In this document: positions 1 to 8,096 of the stretch, piece by piece | Position numbering within the stretch: position 1 is the first letter of the stretch | Layout: every line of letters starts with the position of its first letter | Assembly: GCA_003558085.1 (NCBI GenBank) | Contig: PWMT01000115.1 | Coordinates: forward strand, 1-15,412 | Source: Methanobacteriaceae archaeon | GTDB lineage: Archaea > Methanobacteriota > Methanobacteria > Methanobacteriales > Methanobacteriaceae | Direction of reading: 5' to 3' | Length of the DNA stretch: 15,412 nucleotides | Notes under the pieces: model-generated | The model's database searches: none | Seen by the model: only the letters and a program-made list of their open reading frames with translations | What the model was told of the DNA's origin: nothing | Position numbers and translations under genes: made by a program

Positions 1-230
1 ACCAACCTATAACGTAAAATATTATTAAGACCGAAATATACAACTAGCTTTTAAGTAATAACCAACCTATAACTTAAAATACCTTTAAAACCGAAATTAT
101 AATACGAATTACAAATAATAAGCAAACCATCATTCAATTTATCTTTATAACAGTAACAATAAAAGAGATTTCAAATAATAAGCAAAACATTTTCCAATTA
201 CAGCTTTTGGTTTAAGTGTATGCTTATTAA
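1..230. repeat. Degenerate tandem repeat with a 60-bp period, about 3.5 copies visible, probably truncated by the window edge
   Basis: Units begin at 1, 61, 121 and 181 (ACCAACCTAT, ACCAACCTAT, AGCAAACCAT, AGCAAAACAT), and units 2-4 are each preceded by TAATA. Hand-counted ungapped identity is 42/60 for unit 1 vs 2 and 41/60 for unit 2 vs 3. Confidence 0.8.
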
Positions 231-317
231 CTATAAAAATTGACTATTTAAAATAAATTTCTATAAAAAACATTTAGAGCGGATATAGAAAGTGACTAAA
301 TTATATGTTTTCATTAT

Positions 318-1013
318 TCAGTTTTTGCTCATACCAGTAAATTTTGCCACATTTTCCACCCACTCTACATATTTATCTTTAGATTTATTACTTAACCACA
401 CACCTATTGAGGATCCAACTATAGCCCCTATACCATTGAAGAACATATCAGCCATGGTGTCAGTTAAAGGATCCATGTTAGGTGATCCCTGAGTTAATCC
501 AGTAGGAAATACATGATAAATATGAGGATAAAGGAAAGTATCATAGGTAAACTGTACCAGTTCCAGTACCGCTCCTATACCCAGGGTAACCATAACCACT
601 ATAAAAGCCATCACTATAAAACTAGTTTTCAGTCGGCCATATAGATAAGCGGTGAACATGAACATCATCCCCACCAGACCCACTATTAAGGATACAATAA
701 AATGCATGAATTTATCATAATAGACTATGTTTTCATATAAACCTAAGGTGTCGCCTAAAACAAAATTTAATATTATCACGGCTAAAAATAAAATTTCCAT
801 CTCCACTGGCACAAAACGGAGCCTATTTCTAAGATATATTTGAGGAAGGTAAACTAAACCTAATGCCAGTAAAACCAAAACACCGAATACCTTGGTTGAT
901 CCTGATGCAAAAATTAGAATACCCAATCCAAGTAAGAGAACAGTTACACGCAATATAATAAGCAGTTTTCTTTTCCATTCACTTATATTAACTGGGGGAT
1001 TAATAAAACTCAT
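318..1013 (-). CDS. Multi-pass membrane protein, DUF2238/YjdF-like family (231 aa)
   Basis: Several hydrophobic segments with the polar motifs YDKFMHF, LELVQFTYD, TQG and DTMADM. Start moved from 1106 to the ATG at 1013 because an AGGAG RBS lies at 1021-1025 (minus strand) and the neighbouring paralogue begins with the same MS-x-INP N-terminus. Confidence 0.8.
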   Translation of the reverse strand: MSFINPPVNISEWKRKLLIILRVTVLLLGLGILIFASGSTKVFGVLVLLALGLVYLPQIYLRNRLRFVPVEMEILFLAVIILNFVLGDTLGLYENIVYYDKFMHFIVSLIVGLVGMMFMFTAYLYGRLKTSFIVMAFIVVMVTLGIGAVLELVQFTYDTFLYPHIYHVFPTGLTQGSPNMDPLTDTMADMFFNGIGAIVGSSIGVWLSNKSKDKYVEWVENVAKFTGMSKN

Positions 1014-1248
1014 ATAAGAACTCCTGTTATAATTTAGATTTTGATAATTTAAATAAACCCCATCTACGCTTAAAATAGAAAATTGTTTTTTAAAAATGAA
1101 TAACACTGCCCTTAATTTTTAAAAGACCATTATCTGTATTGTAGAAGAAAAGTAGTATTCTTTTTCTTTAAGAAGTATATTCTGTTTCTAATAAATTATT
1201 TATTATTATATTATGATTGTTTTCATTTCATTTATTAATTTTAGCTGA

Positions 1249-1951
1249 TTATCTTATCCGCTGCAGACCAGTAAATTTTGCAATACTTTCCACCCATTCT
1301 ACAAAATAGCCCTTTGAATCTGCTTTTTTACTTAAGATAACTCCTATTATGGCTCCAAATAGAGCACCTATCAAATTAGAGAACATATCAACTATAGTAT
1401 CAGTTAGCGGACTCATATACTCTGTTCCTTGCCTAATTCCCATCGGTATTATATTATGAAGATAGGGATAGATGAAAGTATCCACCGCGTATTGATATAT
1501 CTCTAACAATGACCCTATACCCATAACCACCATGACTGCGATAAAGGCCATTACCCAGTAATTTATCTTTAACTTGTCATATACATAGCCTGTATACATA
1601 AACATCAAACCTATTAGGGCTACGATGAGGGAAATTGAAAAATGCATGAATTTATCATAATTGATTATATTTTCAGTAAAACCAAAGATTTTACCCAATA
1701 CAAAGGTTATGAAAATCACCACTAGAAATTTTATCTCCAGCTCCACTGGAAGATATCGAAAGTGGTTGGGGATATATACTTGGGGTAAATAAGCTGAAAA
1801 TACAGCCACTAAAATCAATACACCAAATGCCTTAGTTGCTCCTGGTGCTAATATGATGGTCCCTAATACTATTATCAAATGATATCCGTAAAAATATGAG
1901 TAACCCTTTCTTCCAGTAACTAGTATCAACTTCTGGATTAATTAAACTCAT
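1249..1951 (-). pseudogene. Frameshifted paralogue of the 318..1013 membrane protein
   Basis: ATG at 1951 with an AGGAG RBS at 1959-1963 reads MSLINPEVDTSYWKKGLLIFLRIS, matching the paralogue's MSFINPPVNISEWKRKLLIILRVT. Homology then continues in another frame from 1878 (LIIVLGTIILAPGATKAFG). The ATG frame stops at TAA 1834-1832. A sequencing error is possible. Confidence 0.8.
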
Positions 1952-2288
1952 AAAATTGCTCCTTTTAATCAATAATTAAATGATCTGATTTGGATCAGTA
2001 TTAACTTCATATTATTTTAACTCTAATGGATATATTTTTGGTTTAAAACCAGTTCAACTTTTTAAAAGATGATTATTTATAAAATAGACTTCTCTATTAA
2101 CTCTTTTTCCCTATATAGAAAAATCAGTTAAAATCTTTATTAGCTTGGATATTAAAAAGGATAGGTAAGATTTTGTTCAATTATTTTTTTTCTCTAGATA
2201 TTTTTAGTTCATCTACTCTTATCTGGAAGTGATTACAAGAAAAATTTAATATTAAAGCTATTGTAAATATATTACTAATGGTGATAAT

Positions 2289-2567
2289 ATGGTGCAAGTA
2301 ATAAAAAAAAGAGGAGCGGTGGAAAAATTCAAGCCACAAAAAATTAAAAAATCACTGGAAAAGGCAACCATTGATGCTGGTTATAGTGTGGAAGAAAAAA
2401 AAGATATTCTAGAGAATGTTTATTCCACCATAAATAAAAAACTTACAGAAAAGGATGCTGTTAAAACTGATACCATCCGGGCCTGTCTTTTAAGTGAACT
2501 GGATAAATGTGAGCCTTATATTTCCAAATCCTGGCGCAGATTCGACCAAAAATATAAAAATCGGTAA
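2289..2567 (+). CDS. Stand-alone ATP-cone domain protein
   Basis: The N-terminal VIKKRGAVEKFKPQKIKKSL matches the ATP-cone pattern (VxKRDG-x-x-E-x-F-x-x-x-KI), with a VKTDTIR-like motif later. GGTGA RBS at 2280-2284. Confidence 0.85.
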   Translation: MVQVIKKRGAVEKFKPQKIKKSLEKATIDAGYSVEEKKDILENVYSTINKKLTEKDAVKTDTIRACLLSELDKCEPYISKSWRRFDQKYKNR

Positions 2568-2640
2568 TTAATCATCTTAGAGTTAACCCATCCTAGTTTG
2601 AGCAGAAATAATTATTTAACTGATAATGTTAATCTTCCAA

Positions 2641-2653
2641 TTTTTTTTTCTTT
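2641..2653 (+). terminator. Oligo-T tract, putative archaeal terminator of the ATP-cone gene
   Basis: T9-C-T3 about 75 nt after the stop codon, in the convergent gap before ppcA. Confidence 0.4.
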
Positions 2654-2744
2654 AATGATTTATATAATAAAGCCACACATTAATCTAGGCTAGTATTATC
2701 CTCTAAGTTAATGTAAATTCAATCCCACCCTATTATAAAGGTGT

Positions 2745-4202
2745 TTAACCTAAAAATTGTCGTAAATTGGCTGCTTGTAGAATCTTGTTTTTTAAATCCT
2801 CGGTCTGATTGGTATTTAACGATTTCTGCATGTCCTGGGTGATTTCTAGATGCTTTTCATCTTGTTGGCTTTGAGGGAAATTTTCTAAAAGGAATTGCTT
2901 TAATTTAGGTGGTAAGAATTTAGAATCCCAGTCCAAGTAAAAGAGAGACCTTTTCATTTCTAAGTCAAAATTTAGATAAATATCCTGGATATAGTTGAGA
3001 TCCTGGGTAGAGAGTGCATTTAAACCTAGGATTTCTGGGGGTAGTCCTATAGAATATAAGGTGCAGGTGAAGGTAATGGCCCGAGGTAGAGATATATCCC
3101 CTACACTCCGGGAGTAACCAAATAAGCCAATATGTAATTTTCTTCTTCTTCGGCTGGGAACGTATTTGGCTACACGGTTTATGGTAGGAGCTAAAGCTTT
3201 AATCTGTTTTTCATATTCCTCACTATATTTGGCGATTATATCTAAACATCTTTCATCATCCATTTCATGAGGATCTTTGACCTTACGGGTTTTTAATTTA
3301 TCAATTGCTTTGATAACTTCTTCATGAGGATGATCATATTTAAAAGATGACTGTATGGTGAAGGTATGGGCGCTGGGATATTCTGCTGATATTTCTTCGA
3401 TCTGGGATGGGCCTAGGTTGCCTCTGAACGGTGCAGACCCCATACCCAGTATGGGATAAATTTCTATTCCTAAATCTTCTGAAAGCACATTCAATCTCTC
3501 CAGAGCCATTTTATTTAAAATGATGGCGCTGATTAATCCATAATTCATTGCTGGATCGGATCTTGCCAGGAAAACTCTTTGGTATTCTAAATTTTTATCT
3601 TGCAGATAGTCACCGGTTATCTGGTGGGCCTGGAGTAAGCTAACTTTATCTTCAAAGAGAGGGATCACATTAATGTTATCTGGTTTAAATTCACCTATCC
3701 ATTCTTTAATGGTGATATCTCCTTTTTTAAAAGGTTTCATTTGTTTACCAACCACAAAATCAAGATAATATTGGTAAATACGATCCAAACATTTAGTAGA
3801 TGCAGCCATAGGTAGGATTACCTCGAAGACCGGTACTTGTTCTTCATCATAAAATAATCGTGCAGCGTCAAAGGAACGGGGGATGCTCTCCAGGGTCTCT
3901 AATAAGATTTTAGCTTCAGCCTGTTCAACAGTAGGATTGGGGACTCTTAATGTGAGAAAAAAATCTTCTCCTAACTTATTTCTTCTAAAAAAAGGTTCAT
4001 ATTTGGTTAATAATTTCTTAACCACGTAGTTGTCCACTTCTTTACCTTCACAATCCCACATTTGCTCATCACACCCTAAATGAGAGAATACATAGAATGC
4101 TTCAGCAATTTCATCTTCGCCACTAATTTCATTACTCTCAGAGAAGAAGGGGGGTTGAACATTATCTGGATGTTGAGTGCTCATACATCTAGGTATTTTC
4201 AT
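2745..4202 (-). CDS. ppcA: Phosphoenolpyruvate carboxylase, archaeal type
   Basis: Signature N-terminus MKIPRCMSTQHPDN plus DEQMWDCEGK, VIPLFED, RVFLARSDPAMNYG, GSAPFRG, TFTIQSSFKYD and LPRAITF. 485 aa, with an AGGTGAG RBS upstream. Confidence 0.97.
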   Translation of the reverse strand: MKIPRCMSTQHPDNVQPPFFSESNEISGEDEIAEAFYVFSHLGCDEQMWDCEGKEVDNYVVKKLLTKYEPFFRRNKLGEDFFLTLRVPNPTVEQAEAKILLETLESIPRSFDAARLFYDEEQVPVFEVILPMAASTKCLDRIYQYYLDFVVGKQMKPFKKGDITIKEWIGEFKPDNINVIPLFEDKVSLLQAHQITGDYLQDKNLEYQRVFLARSDPAMNYGLISAIILNKMALERLNVLSEDLGIEIYPILGMGSAPFRGNLGPSQIEEISAEYPSAHTFTIQSSFKYDHPHEEVIKAIDKLKTRKVKDPHEMDDERCLDIIAKYSEEYEKQIKALAPTINRVAKYVPSRRRRKLHIGLFGYSRSVGDISLPRAITFTCTLYSIGLPPEILGLNALSTQDLNYIQDIYLNFDLEMKRSLFYLDWDSKFLPPKLKQFLLENFPQSQQDEKHLEITQDMQKSLNTNQTEDLKNKILQAANLRQFLG

Positions 4203-4462
4203 TATCTCACCTTTACTGGTTTAAATATCAACATAAACTTTCAAAATATTTTTAAAGACACAACTTACCTAATAATTAATTTAACTTAAATTTGTTAAAA
4301 ATTTATGCACCCCACTAATTATTTTTTTAAGTAGCAAAAAAGAAAAACTCTATTTTTTAGTTTTTTATTAGGATTTAAATAGAATTACCATTTTTTTTTA
4401 TGGGATTCTATTTTAATTATAAATCCTTTAAAATTAAATGATATTGATTATGTAAATTTTTT

Positions 4463-4495
4463 CTAAGTCTAAATTTTTTATATACTTAGACTTAG
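4463..4495. promoter_or_regulatory. Perfect 10-bp inverted repeat around a TATA-like spacer (operator or terminator hairpin)
   Basis: CTAAGTCTAA (4463-4472), 13-nt spacer ATTTTTTATATAC, then TTAGACTTAG (4486-4495). It lies between the TIGR00341 stop codon and the ppcA upstream region. Confidence 0.45.
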
Positions 4496-4540
4496 TTTTG
4501 CGCTTTCTAGGAATTTATAGTACTTTTAATCCTTTTTATT

Positions 4541-5605
4541 TTATGCTAGTAACAATAAATCAAAAACTCCCCGATATTGGAGAATCATGATAAGTAGTAT
4601 GGCTAATAAGGAGAACCAAATAATTAAAGATAATTTCATCAATTTTTGAGCATTTTCAATTTTCTCAGGATAGATAGGTTGGATTTTTTGGAACTTAAAG
4701 GTTAAAACTCCAGCTAAATTAACACAAACCAGGTTAATAAAAAATAGTAAGAATGCGCCTGCTGCCAGTGTATACTCTCCAGAACCAAGTAATAGGCCAG
4801 AAGTTACCAGAGGAGGGAGCAGGGCCACTGCAACCATAACTCCAATTAAGGTGGTGCTGAATCCCACTGTAAATGCCAGTGCTCCTGCCATACCAGAAGC
4901 AAAGGCTAGGGTTATACTTCCCAGATTAGTACGAGCCCTTAAAGCAATTTCTGGCACAGTAGGATCCACTATAAATATGCAACCTAGAAAAGTGGATAAG
5001 GTAAAGGCTATTAAAACACCCACATAATTACTTTTGATGGCGTCTTTAGCTAAATCAATATCACCCAGATTAGTGGCCAGAGATAAAGCCATGTTAGGTC
5101 CTAAGAAAGGAGCTATAACCATTGCTCCAATAATAACAGCAACATTATTATTCAAAACTCCAATGGCTGATACAATGGCGGATAAAATAACCATAAGAAT
5201 AAAGATTCCAGATAATTTAGATATATCAGATAAATTAGCGTATAATTCATGTCGGCTGAGTCTATTGATTAGTTTTTGAGGGTCTAATTGATCTTTTAAA
5301 TCTTCTACGGTTGTTTCCATCTGCTCTTCTTCTCTCTCTGGGTAAAAGATAGGATCAGGGACTGGAATTGAGGCCTCTATAGGCAGTAAACTTATGCGAA
5401 AACCTTCAATTTTAGAGAAACGTTTTTGTAAAGTATTTATAAATGATTCGGTTTTAGCTCTGCGTATGATGATATGGTAAACCAATTTTTTATCACTAGA
5501 CTCTTGGCACCAGGAGTTCAGCACATCATATTTACTTAATAGGTATTCCACTTCACCCCTGTATTCAGTATCAGGTAGGTTCAGGATAAGCAGGCGGTTA
5601 TTCAT
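4541..5605 (-). CDS. TIGR00341 family (DUF389) membrane protein
   Basis: Motifs SRHELY, AVIIGAMVIAPFLGP, LIGVMVAVALLPP and FFINLVCVNLAG. Soluble N-terminal region followed by multiple TM helices. GGTGA RBS upstream. Confidence 0.9.
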   Translation of the reverse strand: MNNRLLILNLPDTEYRGEVEYLLSKYDVLNSWCQESSDKKLVYHIIIRRAKTESFINTLQKRFSKIEGFRISLLPIEASIPVPDPIFYPEREEEQMETTVEDLKDQLDPQKLINRLSRHELYANLSDISKLSGIFILMVILSAIVSAIGVLNNNVAVIIGAMVIAPFLGPNMALSLATNLGDIDLAKDAIKSNYVGVLIAFTLSTFLGCIFIVDPTVPEIALRARTNLGSITLAFASGMAGALAFTVGFSTTLIGVMVAVALLPPLVTSGLLLGSGEYTLAAGAFLLFFINLVCVNLAGVLTFKFQKIQPIYPEKIENAQKLMKLSLIIWFSLLAILLIMILQYRGVFDLLLLA

Positions 5606-6475
5606 AACTGTTTCACCATGATAGTTATGTTCTTAAAGCAATTTATGCTTAACTATCAGGCTATAAAACATGTCCCCCTATATAAATAAATTAAAAGTTT
5701 TACTGAGTAATCTCTGGAGATATAGTTGGTCTTTTTATCCTTTTCTTTTATGGGTTAAAATAAAAAAATGGATTCTACTTTAATTTATACTAGTTATTAT
5801 AGTGAGATCTTGTTGGTAAAAATATTCATTAGTAATCCAATAAATATTAAATCTTATTTTTTTTCTAGACAAAACTACAGGAGCCGTGAATAAATCTCCA
5901 ATAAATGATTCCTATTATATATGTAATATTACCTTATAGTAAATGTTATAACTTTCAGGTTCTAAACCTCTATATATGATGATTATCCTAATAGTTTTTA
6001 TAATAAGCATGATATATCACTAATCTAACTATATATTTTATATATAATATGAAAAGTATTATTAATATTATAATAACATTACAAACTTATTATAAAATAT
6101 AGTAATAATATTTATAATGATATAGAACCTATTTATCAATTATGTTAAAGGTTAATTAACATTTTCAATGTAAATTAAATGTTTTAAGATTTTTACTCAT
6201 TAATATGAAAATATTTTTTACCTTAAATTAAAAATATGAGAAAAGTGCAAATTTAGACCATTACATGTATAGGTAATAATGTATTTACACTTAATTTGCA
6301 AAACTTTAGAAAAACTATATAAAAATTGGAACTATAGCACTTGTCTTTTAAAAAAATATTACTCAAAAGATGATTAACCTAAACACTAATTAATAACAAT
6401 ATTTTTAAAGATATTATTTTTTATTAAATAGAAATGTATCCCATCCTCAAAAATTTACTAAAAATATTTTAGAAC

Positions 6476-6850
6476 TTATTCACTCTCATCTTGGGTCTTG
6501 AAGGATAGAATATGGGCAGTAACACCTAATCCCACTAGAGGTAATATAATAAAAAGATGATCTTGTTGGAAAAATAATAAGGATGCCATTAAACTAAACC
6601 ATAAAAAAAGTATACTTTTTACTTTCACATCCCAGGGAACACCTTTTTTATGCTTATAATTTTCAATATAACTGCCAAAGTATCTATTATTGGAAACCCA
6701 AATTTCAGCTTTCTTAGAGCATTTAGTGAAGCATACAAAAGCAGCTAAAACAAAAGGTGTGGTAGGTAATAAGGGTAAGACTATTCCTATTGCACCAATA
6801 CCTAAAAAAGTGGAACCAAGACTGAGGAAGAATAATTTTTTAATATACAC
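6476..6850 (-). CDS. YbaN / DUF454 family membrane protein
   Basis: Signature GIGAIGIVLPLLPTTPFVLAAFVCF, followed by FGSYIENY and KVKSI. GTG start with an AGGTG RBS at 6856-6860. Confidence 0.9.
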   Translation of the reverse strand: MYIKKLFFLSLGSTFLGIGAIGIVLPLLPTTPFVLAAFVCFTKCSKKAEIWVSNNRYFGSYIENYKHKKGVPWDVKVKSILFLWFSLMASLLFFQQDHLFIILPLVGLGVTAHILSFKTQDESE

Positions 6851-7090
6851 TAACTACACCTACATATTATATTAGTCTACTAGAGTTAATTGTTTAACGG
6901 TTACCCCAAAAAAAAAATAGTATATAATCTGGAAAAATTGGGGGGGTGATCCCCACTAATTTTTACTGTAAAAATAAAATATTACTAAGCTAATATAAAA
7001 TTAGGGCAAAATTTTTTTAAAAAAACCCTAAAATTAGGTTTTAGGTGGACATGTAAGTTAAAGCTATTATAAATTAGGGTGAAAGGGTCT

Positions 7091-7807
7091 ATGCTACCAA
7101 AATGGACTACAAGAGATTGTGAAATCTATCCTATCCGGGAAGGTAAAAGTTTTTCTGGTTATTCTTTTTTAATCCAGCAGAACAGTAATTACATGCTAAT
7201 TGATACGGGACGTAAGAAATCCAGGGAAATGTTATTACATAAAATAGAAAAAATTTTAGGCCCTAATAATTTAGCTGGAATCATATTAACCCATAGCCAC
7301 ATTGATCATGCTGAAAACACCGCCTGGTTTAAAAAAAAATTTAGATGCCCGGTAATAATTCATCAAAGTGAAGCTGAATATTTAAAAAAAGGATTGAATC
7401 CCCTAAAAGGTGGAACTAATCCTATGGTTAGATTTTTAATTAAAACCTTAGGTAAAACCATCCAAGCAAAATATGAATTTGACGGAGTTACCCCAGACCT
7501 TCTAGTTGATCAGAGATTAGATTTAAAAACAATGGGAATAAATGGATATATTATTCACACCCCCGGCCATACTCCAGGTTCTATGAGTGTTATAATTGAA
7601 GATGAAGTTGCAATTATAGGCGATGCATTAATTAAATTACTCAAATGGCCTATCTTTCCCCCATTTTCTGAGAATAAAAAAACCATGACTGAAAGTTTAG
7701 CTAAACTTATAGATACGGGAGCAGAGATTTTCTTACCAAGTCATGGGAGAGAAATCAAGAGAAAGATGATGGTAAAATATTACCATAAACAAAAACAAGA
7801 TCATTAA
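7091..7807 (+). CDS. Metallo-beta-lactamase fold metallo-hydrolase
   Basis: LIDTG, THSHIDH (HxHxDH), HTPGHTPGS, IIGDA and PSHG motifs. The ATG at 7091 is preferred over the GTG at 7079 because GGGTGA (7077-7082) is positioned as its RBS. Confidence 0.92.
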   Translation: MLPKWTTRDCEIYPIREGKSFSGYSFLIQQNSNYMLIDTGRKKSREMLLHKIEKILGPNNLAGIILTHSHIDHAENTAWFKKKFRCPVIIHQSEAEYLKKGLNPLKGGTNPMVRFLIKTLGKTIQAKYEFDGVTPDLLVDQRLDLKTMGINGYIIHTPGHTPGSMSVIIEDEVAIIGDALIKLLKWPIFPPFSENKKTMTESLAKLIDTGAEIFLPSHGREIKRKMMVKYYHKQKQDH

Positions 7808-8096
7808 AATTATTTACTATAACCAGATCTTTAATAAATCCTACCAAGTCCTAAAGTCTAAGACCAACAATATTTTTAACTATTATCTAAAGAGAAAGGT
7901 AAATGTTGAAATTAATTTTCTTTATCTATAATAAGAATTAATCATAAAAAACCCATTTTTAACATTGATTTACCTCTAGTAAGTTTAATATAAGATAATT
8001 TATAAAAATATATGGAGAGGTAGATTAAAACACAAATCTATTATTTTAAATAGCAAATTAACATGGTTTCAATTAATTTTAATGAGGATTGAATGA

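Noticed and set aside
1-230. CRISPR array
   Set aside because: The repeats are too degenerate, the variable part is only about 15 nt and partly similar between units, no known repeat family was recognised, and there are no cas genes in the window.
292-492. 66-aa plus-strand ORF
   Set aside because: Antisense shadow of the membrane-protein gene, with no recognisable motif.
1014-1106. N-terminal extension of the 318..1106 ORF
   Set aside because: The RBS and paralogue alignment place the start at 1013; the extension is AT-rich intergenic-like sequence.
4080-4289. 69-aa plus-strand ORF
   Set aside because: Overlaps the ppcA 5' end on the opposite strand and has no coding signal.
5034-5279. 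81-aa plus-strand ORF
   Set aside because: Entirely antisense within the TIGR00341 gene.
6160-6295. Replication origin (mini-ORB-like TTTACATTGAAAAT and TTACACTTAAT near an AT-rich core)
   Set aside because: Only imperfect, sparse matches to the TTACA-x-TTGAAA-type box, and no orc1/cdc6 gene in the window.
6690-6875. 61-aa plus-strand ORF
   Set aside because: Antisense shadow of the YbaN gene.
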